Below are positions 39,356 through 49,693 of a stretch of 64,000 nucleotides of DNA, one piece after another. The number at the start of each line of letters is the position of its first letter. The stretch's first letter is position 1. Under the pieces are notes generated by a model. The model did no database searches. It worked only from the letters and a program-made list of their open reading frames with translations, and had not been told where the DNA came from. Position numbers and translations under genes: made by a program. Source of the DNA: a virus; IMG/VR virus record IMGVR_UViG_3300042691_015660, one strand, 5' to 3'.

Positions 39356-42300
39356 ATGGCTGAGTTTAATCTAGGTAGAATTAGATTTGTATGGAAGGGA
39401 GCATGGGTAACTAGCACTTCCTACATCAAAGACGACGTTGTGCGTTACGGCGGTAAAACATATTTGTGTGTGATTGGACACACCGCAGCAGCAGATTTTA
39501 ATACAGACCTAGAAAACATTCCAACTAGATGGAATCAGATGTCTGATGGACAAGAGTGGAAGGGTAATTGGTCAACCAGCACATTTTACAAATTAAACGA
39601 TATTGTAAAATATGGCGGTTATATCTACATCTGTAATGATAGTCATACCAGTGCTGCCACAGCAACATTAGGGTTAGAACAAGATTTGTTTAAATGGGAC
39701 TTGTTTGCCGAAACATTTGATTGGAAAACAGACTGGACTACTAGTACAAGATATAAAATTAATGATATTGTAAAATATGGTGGTATTACTTATATTTGTA
39801 ATCAAGGACATACTAGTGCTGCTACAGCAACATTAGGGTTAGAACAAGATCAAGGTAAATGGGACTTTTTACACAAAGGTATTGATTATTTAGGAACATG
39901 GAGTGGCTCCAGTGTAAGATACAAAATAAATGATGTTGTAAAATACGGAGCAGGTCTTTGGATTTGTACAACTTATCATACTAGTAGTGCTACATTTGCT
40001 GAATCAAATTGGACACAATTTGTCGAAGGTTTAGAATTCAATGACACATGGAATGCGTCAGCAGTTTATCAACCTGGCGACACTATAGCTTACGGCGGCT
40101 ATGTTTACATAAGCAAAACTAATCACACTAATCAAGTACCTACAAGTAATAGTGATGATTGGGATTTATATATCACCGGATTCAAATATCAAGGTGCTTG
40201 GGGACTGCCAAACTTTTATAGAGTAGGTAATGTTGTAAGACATGGAGGATACACTTATGTAGCAGTAGCAGATGCCGAAGCTAGCGGAGCAAATGTTCCT
40301 CCTAACGCAACATACTGGGCACAACTTAATTCTGGTACTGCTTGGAGGGGTCCTTGGGACGGCAATAAAACATATATTTTAGGCGACTTAGTAAAATATG
40401 GTCCTAACAGTTTTATCTGTATTAATCCCCACACATCGTCTACTCCTAACAGACCAGACAATGATACTGCAGGCACATATTGGAATGTATTCACAGCTGG
40501 TTCTGAACTAAGTGTATTAACTACACAAGGCGATTTAGTCTATTATGGCGGCGCCGGACCGACAAGGTTGCCAATTGGAAGAGAAGGCCAAGTTCTAAGA
40601 GTTAGTTCTTCAGCAGCACCGGAGTGGGCATTTTGGGGCATTATAAATTGTATTGCGTATGTCAGTCCAAGCGGTGAAGATTTACCTTGGCCAAATTATG
40701 GACCAACTATAGACAGACCCTTTAAAACTATTCAATTCGCTTCACAGCAAATTGAAAAAGGTATGTTATATCCTGAAGCTTCAAATTTAATTGCTCGAAA
40801 TAGACAATTCATACAAAAAGAAGTAGTGTCGTGGACTAATGCGCAAGTAGCAGGACCTATCTCTCCGTTTACCGGAGCCTTTACTTTTAACTCTGCTAAA
40901 TGCGAAAGAGATATCGGTGTACTTGTTGATGCCATAGTCTACGATCTATCTCACGGCGGTAATAAGCGAATAAGAGATTTCGCTATTTACAACGGCGAAG
41001 AAATAGCTATATTTGCTGTAGGTGAGAAATTACAAACAATCGCAGCCGTTAATTTTGCTCTGTCATTAGTACAAGATATTATTTCAGAAGATACAATTAC
41101 ACCTTATCAAGGAACAGTAACACAGGTTATAGACGCAACCAAAGAACCAGAAACAGCAGCTAGTACAATTGTAACATCATTAATCGGATCTTTGACAGCA
41201 TCAATTAATGCCGTTGAAGATAGTTCTAGTGTGTTTGATTTACAAACGGTCAATTATACAATTAGTGTAAAAACTGGAACATTCAATGAAGTATTACCAA
41301 TTATAGTGCCATCACTAACAGCTATTGTTGGCGATGAATTACGTAGTACTAGAATTGAACCTGCAGGAAGTTTAATAGCAGCAGGAGATGTTACATATAG
41401 CATGGCAGCACTGACAAGACTTGCTGCCATTGTAAGTAATATTGTTCAAAATGTTAGTATTGTAAAAAGTACAGGCAATCCATTAAATCAAGTTACTAGT
41501 AGACCAGCAGGATCAGTAGGATCAGGAACAGCGGCAGCGAATCTGTTTACCACAGCAAAAAATTATATTGATTTTTATGTAAACTCTGTAGGAACTGCTC
41601 CTGCAATGCGAGGTACAAATTACTGGACTACCGATGAAAATTATTACAGGGCTGTTAATATACTAGAAGAAAATAAAGAATTTCTAGCAGAAGAAGCAGT
41701 GGCTTATATTAATGTAACCTATCCTGCGTATGCTGGAACATATGACGAAGCTGCTTGTAAAAGAGATGTAAGAGAATATGTTGATGCTATCAAATATGAT
41801 TTAGTTTATAGTGCCAATGTAGTTGGTAATTACAAAACATTAACAGCAGCAAGACTATATGTAAATGCTGTTAACGGATCTATAGACAAAGATATGTTCT
41901 ATCTAAGAAATGGAACTGGTTTAAGAAATTGTACTACAGCAGGACTAACAGGAACATTAAGTGCTCCAAACATTTACGGAACACGCAGACCTTCAGCTGG
42001 CGCCTATACTAGTTTAGACCCAGGGTGGGGCCCTGATGACGAACGTGTGTGGATTACTCATAGAAGTCCATATGTTCAAAATGTTACTACATTTGGAACT
42101 GCTTGTATTGGATTAAAAGTAGATGGGAATATTCATAATGGCGGAAATGATTCTATTGTGGCTAATGATTTTACACAAGTGTTAAGTGACGGTATTGGTG
42201 CTTGGGTTACTAATCTTGGTCGTGCTGAACTTGTTAGTGTCTTCTCATATTACGGACATATTGGTTATCTAGCAGAAAATGGCGGTAAGATTCGTGCCAC

Positions 42301-45043
42301 TAATGGCAACTCGTCATACGGTACATATGGTACCGTATCCGAAGGCATCGACGTAACAGAAACACCAGTATCTGGAAAAGTAGACAACAGAAGCGTTGAG
42401 GCAAGTATTGAAAGTGTGTTTACCGATTCAGTAGATCAAATTTATAGACTAGAATTTGCCAACGCAGGTATTAATTATAGCACAGCCACATTTACTTTTA
42501 ATGGTCCAGGAGCAAATGCTGCAGCCACTCCAGAATTTAGAGACAACGGTGTCTATTATATTAGGTTAAAAGATTTTGGAGATTCAAGCGGAACTGGTGG
42601 CGCAGGTTATAAAACAATTTCTAATACAGCACAAGCAGGAAATACTACTACAATTACTTTGTCGGCTACCGACACAGCTATTAGTAGTGCCTATGTAGGT
42701 ATGAGGATTTTAATTACCGCAGGTACAGGACTCGGCCAGTACGGTTACATTCAATCATACAACAGCGGAAGTAAAATAGCAACAATTTATAAAGAATCGA
42801 CGGGATCAGCTGGCTGGGATCATGTTAATGCTGGTACAACAATTGCTAGTACATTAGATGTTACCACTGCCTATATTATTGAACCAAGACTGACATTTAC
42901 TAGTCCTGGTTTTACTTCTACAGCAAGGACTATACAAAATGCTGCGTGGGCTGATTCGGTGTTCGGAGATTTAAATGCTACTTATACTAGTGTAGCTTCA
43001 AGTGGGGGATCGGGTGCTGGTGCGGTATTTACTGTAGTTAAATCAGGTAGTTATTACACTACAGTCACATGCACTACACCAGGTTCTGGATATAAAATTG
43101 ATGATACTATTACTATTGCTGGCGCGAATGTAGGTGGAGCAACACCGGCAAATAATATCACAGTAAAAGTTACAAAGGTAGTATCTGGTGGTGTTAATAC
43201 ATTTGACATTAGTGGCACAGCAGCAGGCGGAAGATTTGTAGCTGTAGCAGGTACTACAAGTAGTTACTCAGCAGACGGCGTAACATGGACAGCTGGCGGC
43301 ACAGTAAGTGTGAACGCTATCAAAGTCGCATACGGTAATGGAACATGGATAGCTATCAGTAGTACAGGAACTACTTCTATCAGTACAGATGGCGGTACTA
43401 CATGGACAGCAGGCGGCAGTGCTCCAGCAGGCACTTACACTAATATTGCTTACGGTAATAGTCGTTGGGTAATGATAGGAACTACCACAACAGCAGCTTA
43501 CAGTATTAACGATGGAACAAGTTGGGTAGCAATGACTAGCTTACCAAGTGCTTCGTGGACTAGTGTTGTTTATGGTAATGGTCTATGGGTAGCAGTTGCC
43601 AGTAGCGGCACAACAGCAGCAAGTTCTTCTAACGGAACTAGTTGGACTACAAGAACAATTACTAGCGGCAATTGGGGAAGTGTAACATTTGGTAAAAATA
43701 AATTTGTAGCCTTTCCCGCAGGTGGAACTTTAACTACAGCAGTTTATAGTCTAAATGGAACTACCTGGAGTACTATGACTGTTCCAAGTGCTACTTATAC
43801 TAAGGTAAGTTATGGTCAAGGATTATTTTTTGCTGTTAGTCAGTCTACAGCAGCAGCAACCTCCGAAGACGGATTTAATTGGACTAGTCGTACAATGAGT
43901 ACTAGTGCCAATGGTTATAGCTCTATAGTATTTGGTAATAGTAATAGATCCGGAATATGGTCAGCAGTTCAAGCAGGCGCTGCAGGAACGGTGGCTAGCA
44001 GTACAGTTACGGGTTGTACAACCTACGCAAGAGCATTAGTTACTGACGAAAGAATTAACAGTATCAGAGTAATAGAACCTGGATCAGGTTACAGTAGTGC
44101 TCCTGCGGTAACGATTGTAGATCCAAATAATACTGCCGAAGCAGCTACAGAGGTTCGTAAAGGCGTAGGTGTTTTAGCACAGCCAAACTTTAGCAATAGA
44201 GGAACAGGGTATGAAACAGCACAAGCTTCGGTAACCGGCAACGGAACAATTGATACTTATCAAACTGGTACATTTATTGCTGTTAAGAATCTAACTGCTA
44301 TACCTAGAGCAGGATCTAATGTTCAATTTAGTGGTATTAATGATGTTTACTATAAGCTAGTTAATGTAACTAATCTACTTCCACAAGGAGATAGATATAC
44401 TGCCATTCTACAAGTTAGTCCAGGATGGAATATGGCTGAAAGTGCGGATCACGAAACTGATATTACTATTAGAATTCGTTACAGTCAGGTACGTTTAACC
44501 GGACACGATTTCCTAGATATAGGCACTGGTAACTTTACAAATACAAATTACCCAGGAATACCACTAATTGACCCTGATCCAGATAAAGAAACTAATGAAT
44601 TTGGCGGCGGCCGCGTGTTCTACACCAGTACAGATCAAGACGGTAATTTTAGAGTAGGTGATATTTTTAGTGTTGAACAAAGTACTGGTGTTGCTAGTCT
44701 AAACGCAGAAGCATTTAGTATTGCTGGACTACAAGAATTACAATTAGGCAGTGTGGCGCTTGGAGGTACAGGAGCTACAATTACTGAATTTAGTACCGAT
44801 CCTTACTTTACAGCAGACTCTGACAGTCTTGTACCAACACAGCGAGCAATTAAAGCTTATATTAGTGCTCAAATTGGTAGTGGATCTAGTAGTTTGAACG
44901 TAAATAGTCTCACAGCCGGCATTGTTTACATAGCAGGTGACACAATCACAACGACTACAGGCGCACAAATTAACATAAATACTACGATGAATTTCAACGA
45001 CGGGATAGATGGGTATGCGTTAGCATATAATTTATTCCGTTAA
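39356..45043 (+). CDS. Fibre protein, paralogue of 35592 with extra KCxRD repeats and a BNR-like propeller
   Basis: Same CBM-like repeats and shared blocks; S.DG.TW and YGNG.W repeats; TAAATA at 39323-39328. Confidence 0.75.
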   Translation: MAEFNLGRIRFVWKGAWVTSTSYIKDDVVRYGGKTYLCVIGHTAAADFNTDLENIPTRWNQMSDGQEWKGNWSTSTFYKLNDIVKYGGYIYICNDSHTSAATATLGLEQDLFKWDLFAETFDWKTDWTTSTRYKINDIVKYGGITYICNQGHTSAATATLGLEQDQGKWDFLHKGIDYLGTWSGSSVRYKINDVVKYGAGLWICTTYHTSSATFAESNWTQFVEGLEFNDTWNASAVYQPGDTIAYGGYVYISKTNHTNQVPTSNSDDWDLYITGFKYQGAWGLPNFYRVGNVVRHGGYTYVAVADAEASGANVPPNATYWAQLNSGTAWRGPWDGNKTYILGDLVKYGPNSFICINPHTSSTPNRPDNDTAGTYWNVFTAGSELSVLTTQGDLVYYGGAGPTRLPIGREGQVLRVSSSAAPEWAFWGIINCIAYVSPSGEDLPWPNYGPTIDRPFKTIQFASQQIEKGMLYPEASNLIARNRQFIQKEVVSWTNAQVAGPISPFTGAFTFNSAKCERDIGVLVDAIVYDLSHGGNKRIRDFAIYNGEEIAIFAVGEKLQTIAAVNFALSLVQDIISEDTITPYQGTVTQVIDATKEPETAASTIVTSLIGSLTASINAVEDSSSVFDLQTVNYTISVKTGTFNEVLPIIVPSLTAIVGDELRSTRIEPAGSLIAAGDVTYSMAALTRLAAIVSNIVQNVSIVKSTGNPLNQVTSRPAGSVGSGTAAANLFTTAKNYIDFYVNSVGTAPAMRGTNYWTTDENYYRAVNILEENKEFLAEEAVAYINVTYPAYAGTYDEAACKRDVREYVDAIKYDLVYSANVVGNYKTLTAARLYVNAVNGSIDKDMFYLRNGTGLRNCTTAGLTGTLSAPNIYGTRRPSAGAYTSLDPGWGPDDERVWITHRSPYVQNVTTFGTACIGLKVDGNIHNGGNDSIVANDFTQVLSDGIGAWVTNLGRAELVSVFSYYGHIGYLAENGGKIRATNGNSSYGTYGTVSEGIDVTETPVSGKVDNRSVEASIESVFTDSVDQIYRLEFANAGINYSTATFTFNGPGANAAATPEFRDNGVYYIRLKDFGDSSGTGGAGYKTISNTAQAGNTTTITLSATDTAISSAYVGMRILITAGTGLGQYGYIQSYNSGSKIATIYKESTGSAGWDHVNAGTTIASTLDVTTAYIIEPRLTFTSPGFTSTARTIQNAAWADSVFGDLNATYTSVASSGGSGAGAVFTVVKSGSYYTTVTCTTPGSGYKIDDTITIAGANVGGATPANNITVKVTKVVSGGVNTFDISGTAAGGRFVAVAGTTSSYSADGVTWTAGGTVSVNAIKVAYGNGTWIAISSTGTTSISTDGGTTWTAGGSAPAGTYTNIAYGNSRWVMIGTTTTAAYSINDGTSWVAMTSLPSASWTSVVYGNGLWVAVASSGTTAASSSNGTSWTTRTITSGNWGSVTFGKNKFVAFPAGGTLTTAVYSLNGTTWSTMTVPSATYTKVSYGQGLFFAVSQSTAAATSEDGFNWTSRTMSTSANGYSSIVFGNSNRSGIWSAVQAGAAGTVASSTVTGCTTYARALVTDERINSIRVIEPGSGYSSAPAVTIVDPNNTAEAATEVRKGVGVLAQPNFSNRGTGYETAQASVTGNGTIDTYQTGTFIAVKNLTAIPRAGSNVQFSGINDVYYKLVNVTNLLPQGDRYTAILQVSPGWNMAESADHETDITIRIRYSQVRLTGHDFLDIGTGNFTNTNYPGIPLIDPDPDKETNEFGGGRVFYTSTDQDGNFRVGDIFSVEQSTGVASLNAEAFSIAGLQELQLGSVALGGTGATITEFSTDPYFTADSDSLVPTQRAIKAYISAQIGSGSSSLNVNSLTAGIVYIAGDTITTTTGAQININTTMNFNDGIDGYALAYNLFR

Positions 45044-45059
45044 TACAGAGGAAATATAA

Positions 45060-45380
45060 ATGGCATCAGGAAGATTAGGCGCAAATGACCTTACAGTGGC
45101 AACACTAACCACGGTGTACACAGTGCCTGCCAGTACTTTTTCGGTAGTCACAATCAGTGTGTGTAATAGAAGCAATCAAGCAGCTAATATTCGTATTGGG
45201 TTATCTGTTACAGGAACACCAACTACTGCCGAATACATTGAATTTGATACTGAATTATTATCTAAAGGTGTATTAGAACGTACAGGTATTGTTTTAGAAG
45301 CAGCAAGAAACGTTGTAGTTTGGTCGTCCATACCTAATATCAGTGCAGTGGTATACGGCATAGAAACATCAACAACATAA
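45060..45380 (+). CDS. Small beta-rich fibre adaptor-like protein (paralogue 3)
   Basis: TVYTVPA..ISVCNR..LERTGIVL. Confidence 0.6.
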   Translation: MASGRLGANDLTVATLTTVYTVPASTFSVVTISVCNRSNQAANIRIGLSVTGTPTTAEYIEFDTELLSKGVLERTGIVLEAARNVVVWSSIPNISAVVYGIETSTT

Positions 45381-45401
45381 ATAGGAAGTCAGGGGAAATA
45401 A

Positions 45402-45734
45402 ATGGGAAGATATATAACAACAACCGGCACAGCAGGAGCAACGTTCCGTGAAGTCTCTACTAATTATAACGCAGTAGTCAATGATAGAATTTTAGCAACT
45501 ACATCTGGTGGAGCAATTACAATTACATTGCCTGCCAGCGGTGGTCTTCTTGTTAATGATACGATTCAAATCATTGATGTTGGAGCAACATCGGCTACGA
45601 ATAATATAACTGTAGCTAGAAATGGGGCAAAGATTCAGAATATCGCTGATGATTTAACCATTGACACCAACGGTGCGATAGTTACACTAATTTATAGCGG
45701 TGCTACATACGGTTGGATCGTTGCGTCAGCGTAA
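45402..45734 (+). CDS. Stand-alone tail-fibre junction domain
   Basis: TSGGAITITLPAS..D.IQIID..NNITVARNG.KI..DL..L.Y..GW motif. Confidence 0.6.
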   Translation: MGRYITTTGTAGATFREVSTNYNAVVNDRILATTSGGAITITLPASGGLLVNDTIQIIDVGATSATNNITVARNGAKIQNIADDLTIDTNGAIVTLIYSGATYGWIVASA

Positions 45735-45752
45735 TAGCTAGGATATTTAAGA

Positions 45753-46982
45753 ATGCCAACATCATTTAAATCACTGGTAGGAACTAAGTCAGAAAATCTT
45801 CTTCCTGGCGAATTTCATTTGGAAAAAGGAAAAATTTGGGCGTACCAACCCAACACTAATCTTACTCCAACATGTTTTTGCTGGTGTCCTCCTACTGGTA
45901 CAGCAGGCGTCGTGGTTATCGATATGTGGGGCGCAGGCGGCAGTGGTGCTCGTATGTGCTGCTGCGGATTTGGGTTACCTGGAAATGCAGGTGCTTACGT
46001 AAGAAAGGTATTTTGTATAAGTGCTAAACAAACATGCTGTACATTTGTTTGTGGAGTAGCACATAACGCCTGTCGTGAAAGTAACTTATGCTTTAGAGGA
46101 TGCTCAGGGCCATCACAAGTTTGCTATTCAGTGGGCTTATGCGGAGAACAAAATCCTAATCCATTAAGTTCGCTGCCAGAAACTATAGATATTAATGGTT
46201 ACGGTGCCGGTGGTCAAGGTATTGCCTGTAGCGGATGCTGCTTTAAATACCAATGTCACACACAATTTGATGGATGTCTGTGCGCACAAGGCGGCAGAGG
46301 CGGTGTCAGTATGTGTAGTACAAGTGAAAGTGCTTGGTGCTGCTTTACATGTCAATGGTTCTGTAGCACAAAACTGAATAATGAAAACTGCGGATTGATC
46401 TGTAACGTACAAAATAGTCACTGTGTATACATGTGCGGATGTACACCAAGTTATATCTATCCAATGTGTTGCTATGCTAACTGCTGGGGATCACCATGCT
46501 GTGTAGCTGAAATGTGTGGCGGAAACTATCGTACAGGACCACAACCTCATATTGCTAGAGGATTTGGTGGTGAAATTAACTGCTGCGGACATTTTAGCTG
46601 CGTGGCATTTATGGCCTGTAATCCAAATAATCCTTGTTGTATTACATCATATATTCCCGGACCTGCAGGTATGTTCAGCAGAGATGGTGTAGTTTTAGCT
46701 GTTTCTCATGAATATAATAACGAATTTAGTAACTATAGTGGTCAAGGTCGTCATCAGCATAACTTTATGGTCAGTGCTGTAAGTCGTAATCCAAGCCAAG
46801 GTATACCATGGGCGTACTGCTGGGGCTTTGGCGGCGGCTGTGGCTGTTACGAAGATTCAGGCTGTTATGCGTATGTTCCTCCAGGACATGGTGGTCACAA
46901 TGCTGTATTTGAAGCAGGTGTAAGAGACCAAGGCGGCAAAGGTGGAAATGCTGCAGTTAGAATTAAATTTATTGCGAGTTAA
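45753..46982 (+). CDS. Cys-rich, Gly-rich adhesin-like protein 1
   Basis: WGAGGSGARMCCC..PGNAGAY; ~47 Cys in 409 aa (hand count); ends GG.AAVRIKF. Confidence 0.75.
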   Translation: MPTSFKSLVGTKSENLLPGEFHLEKGKIWAYQPNTNLTPTCFCWCPPTGTAGVVVIDMWGAGGSGARMCCCGFGLPGNAGAYVRKVFCISAKQTCCTFVCGVAHNACRESNLCFRGCSGPSQVCYSVGLCGEQNPNPLSSLPETIDINGYGAGGQGIACSGCCFKYQCHTQFDGCLCAQGGRGGVSMCSTSESAWCCFTCQWFCSTKLNNENCGLICNVQNSHCVYMCGCTPSYIYPMCCYANCWGSPCCVAEMCGGNYRTGPQPHIARGFGGEINCCGHFSCVAFMACNPNNPCCITSYIPGPAGMFSRDGVVLAVSHEYNNEFSNYSGQGRHQHNFMVSAVSRNPSQGIPWAYCWGFGGGCGCYEDSGCYAYVPPGHGGHNAVFEAGVRDQGGKGGNAAVRIKFIAS

Positions 46983-46985
46983 TTA

Positions 46986-47981
46986 ATGCCAACGTCATTT
47001 ACATCATTAGTTAGAGAAAGATTAGCTCAAGCTTTATTCGACGAAGAAAATCTTGAGCAAGGTAAAATTTGGATGTTCTCTGAACCTAATGTGAGAACCA
47101 AACAGTTTTGCTGCGTATGCTGGCAAGCACCGTGTTGTGGTTGTGTAGTATTAGAAGTGTGGGGAGCAGGTGGCAGTGGTGCTCGTATGTGCTGTTGCGG
47201 CGGAGGCATTCCAGGTAATGCCGGTGCTTATTCACGTAAGTGTTTTTGTGTACAAAGAGGTTGCTCGATCACAGGCTGTGTAGGGTTTGCCTGCGGTAAC
47301 GCAGATGCTCTATGTTTTAGAGGTTGTAGCGAACCAACAGGCGTTTGCTGGTTTGGTAACGGCACCGCAGGATGTATCTGCGCTCAAGGCGGTCGTGGCG
47401 GCGCTAGTGTGTGCTCAACGGGTACTAGTTTATTCTGCTGTTTCTTCTTTTTTGGATACTGTGGAACACTAATTAATAGTAATTGTGGAGTTATTTGTAA
47501 TTTTGGAGCAGGCGCCAACGGTGTCACAATCGCCAGTTGTTGTGCTCAAGCCTATGGCGGCGATGTAAATTGTTTTGGAAAATTCAGTTGTGCCGGATTC
47601 TACGGATGCTTGCCAAATTGTGTGTGTAGTCAAGTATATATGGTCACAGGACCTGCTGGATATTTTGGAACAGATGGTACCACATTACAATTTGGTACAG
47701 AAAATGATAACGAGTTTAGTAACTGGTCTGGACAAGGTCACATGCAGTATATTCATGCGATGAATGTCGCCGGAAGAAATCCTGGACAAGGAATTCCAAC
47801 AGAAAGTAAGTGTTGGACAGGCGGACGCAGTTGCGGTTGTTATGAAGCTCAAGGATGTATTGCTTGGCATCCACCAGGATTTCCAGGAATGGCTCCAAGT
47901 CCATGTGCTAACGTAAGAGATCATGGAACACGTGGCGGCCCAGGTGCTATCAGAATTAAATTTATTGCGAGTACAGCATAA
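46986..47981 (+). CDS. Cys-rich, Gly-rich adhesin-like protein 2
   Basis: Paralogue; ~37 Cys in 331 aa. Confidence 0.75.
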   Translation: MPTSFTSLVRERLAQALFDEENLEQGKIWMFSEPNVRTKQFCCVCWQAPCCGCVVLEVWGAGGSGARMCCCGGGIPGNAGAYSRKCFCVQRGCSITGCVGFACGNADALCFRGCSEPTGVCWFGNGTAGCICAQGGRGGASVCSTGTSLFCCFFFFGYCGTLINSNCGVICNFGAGANGVTIASCCAQAYGGDVNCFGKFSCAGFYGCLPNCVCSQVYMVTGPAGYFGTDGTTLQFGTENDNEFSNWSGQGHMQYIHAMNVAGRNPGQGIPTESKCWTGGRSCGCYEAQGCIAWHPPGFPGMAPSPCANVRDHGTRGGPGAIRIKFIASTA

Positions 47982-48973
47982 TGCCAGTAACATTGACATC
48001 ATTAGTTAAACAAAGATCTAACTCTAATTGGGAAGGAGATATATCCGAAACCAATCTAGAAAAAGGACAAATTTTTGTATTTTCTCCTGGTAATGTGAGA
48101 ACACCTTTTTGCGGTGGATTTTGTTGGCGTGCTCCTGGAACTGGTTGTGCTGTAATAGAAGTTTACGGAGCTGGCGGAAGTAGTAGTCGTATGTGTTGTT
48201 GCGGGTGGGGTATGCCTGGAAACGCAGGTGCTTACGCTCGAAAATGTATATGTGTTACTGCCGGATGTTATGTCACTGGACAAATTGGCTTTAGTTGCGG
48301 TAATGCTGATACAATGTTCTTTAGAGGGTGCTCAGAAGCGACCTGTATTTGTTGGTTTGGTAATGGAACCAACGGGTGTATCTGCGCACAGGGCGGCCGT
48401 GCTGGCTGTAGTATTTGTGCTACAGACGGTAACTGTGGCGGTTATTGCTGTTACAGATCAGTAGGCTATTGCGGAACTAACAATGGCATGGGTAATGGCA
48501 TGGGTACTATATGTAATATAGGTACTACACAGAATTTTATAGCAACTGCCGTAGGCGGTGATTTAAATTGCTGCGGCGGAATAAGCTGTGTGACATTTAG
48601 TTGCAGTTGTCCAACTGCTTCTGGTCGTTGCTGTTATATGGTACATGTTCCAGGACCAGCAGGCGTATGGAGCTGTTGTAATACTCCGTATATTAGCTAT
48701 ACATTTACTGATGATGCTATGGAAGCTCCTATTCCAGGACAAGGCCTACATGGACTCATCGTAGGACTAAGTACTAGTCGTAATGGCACTAAAGGATCGC
48801 CTCATCCTTATAACTGGCGTTCAGATCGTATTTGCGGTTGTTATGAATCTACAGGATGTGTTCCTTATGTTCCGTACGGTTGGGGAGGCGCAGGACTTGC
48901 GTTCTGTGGCGATGTTAGAGATAACGGAGTACGCGGTGGCCAGGGTGCTGTTAAGATAAGATTCTTTAGTTAA
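47981..48973 (+). CDS. Cys-rich, Gly-rich adhesin-like protein 3
   Basis: Paralogue; ~35 Cys in 330 aa. Confidence 0.75.
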   Translation: MPVTLTSLVKQRSNSNWEGDISETNLEKGQIFVFSPGNVRTPFCGGFCWRAPGTGCAVIEVYGAGGSSSRMCCCGWGMPGNAGAYARKCICVTAGCYVTGQIGFSCGNADTMFFRGCSEATCICWFGNGTNGCICAQGGRAGCSICATDGNCGGYCCYRSVGYCGTNNGMGNGMGTICNIGTTQNFIATAVGGDLNCCGGISCVTFSCSCPTASGRCCYMVHVPGPAGVWSCCNTPYISYTFTDDAMEAPIPGQGLHGLIVGLSTSRNGTKGSPHPYNWRSDRICGCYESTGCVPYVPYGWGGAGLAFCGDVRDNGVRGGQGAVKIRFFS

Positions 48974-48987
48974 TAACAGGAGTATAA

Positions 48988-49617
48988 ATGCGTAAATTTT
49001 TTACGTTTAAGATATCAGACGAACCGTATAAAACAACTACTAATTTGAATAAAACTGTAGATGCTATATATGAAGGTCCAAAATTTTTAGCATTATGTAT
49101 AGATATTTCAACAAATGAAATAAAATACATTGCAAGATCAGGAGAAACTGAAGAAGAACTTCAGTTAACTAACCTAATTGACGATGATCCTAATACCGAA
49201 TTTATTGTTTTAGATGCTTCTGTCAAAACATTTGAAGCGGCATATCTTACAGGATATTACACTCATGATCCTATTCCGGATCATATAGAAACATTGCCAA
49301 CTGGTGAAACTTGGACTTACACATTTTCCGGCGGCGGTATAACTCAGAATTATTTTGGTCAAGATATGTTTTACGTAAACGGAGAATTTACTACTCCTCG
49401 GTTTAGGGAACACGCTATAACAAGAGAAACTATGTTTTCGGGCATACAGAATACTATCAATATGATAAACAGTTCTTTAGCAAACAATGATTATAAACCC
49501 GAAGAACAACAAGCCATAGAAGAATACAAATCGTGGCTTAGTAATTTAGAAACTACTTATCCAAATATAGATCATTGGAAATTACCATTTCCGCCCAGTC
49601 CTCCAAGAATTTATTAA
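48988..49617 (+). CDS. Putative tail-fibre assembly chaperone
   Basis: C-terminal EYKSWLSNL..W.LPFPPSP resembles Tfa-type chaperone ends; AGGAG SD. Confidence 0.5.
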   Translation: MRKFFTFKISDEPYKTTTNLNKTVDAIYEGPKFLALCIDISTNEIKYIARSGETEEELQLTNLIDDDPNTEFIVLDASVKTFEAAYLTGYYTHDPIPDHIETLPTGETWTYTFSGGGITQNYFGQDMFYVNGEFTTPRFREHAITRETMFSGIQNTINMINSSLANNDYKPEEQQAIEEYKSWLSNLETTYPNIDHWKLPFPPSPPRIY

Positions 49618-49621
49618 TCTC

Positions 49622-49650
49622 TTGACTCTTAATTAGTCTGGCGCTATTAT
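49622..49650 (+). promoter_or_regulatory. Sigma70-type promoter for the GT/carbamoyltransferase cassette
   Basis: TTGACT (49622-49627), 17 nt, TATTAT (49645-49650). Confidence 0.6.
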
Positions 49651-49682
49651 ATTAAAAGATATATAATACGCTAGACTTTTTT
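49635..49682 (+). terminator. Long hairpin plus T tract ending the fibre operon
   Basis: AGTCTGGCG/CGCTAGACT and TATTATAT/ATATAATA arms, then TTTTT. Confidence 0.55.
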
Positions 49683-49693
49683 ACGAGGATTAA

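Noticed and set aside
45753-48973. Diversity-generating retroelement targets or TGA recoding
   Set aside because: No reverse transcriptase or adenine-specific TR/VR pair seen; ORFs are intact in the standard code.
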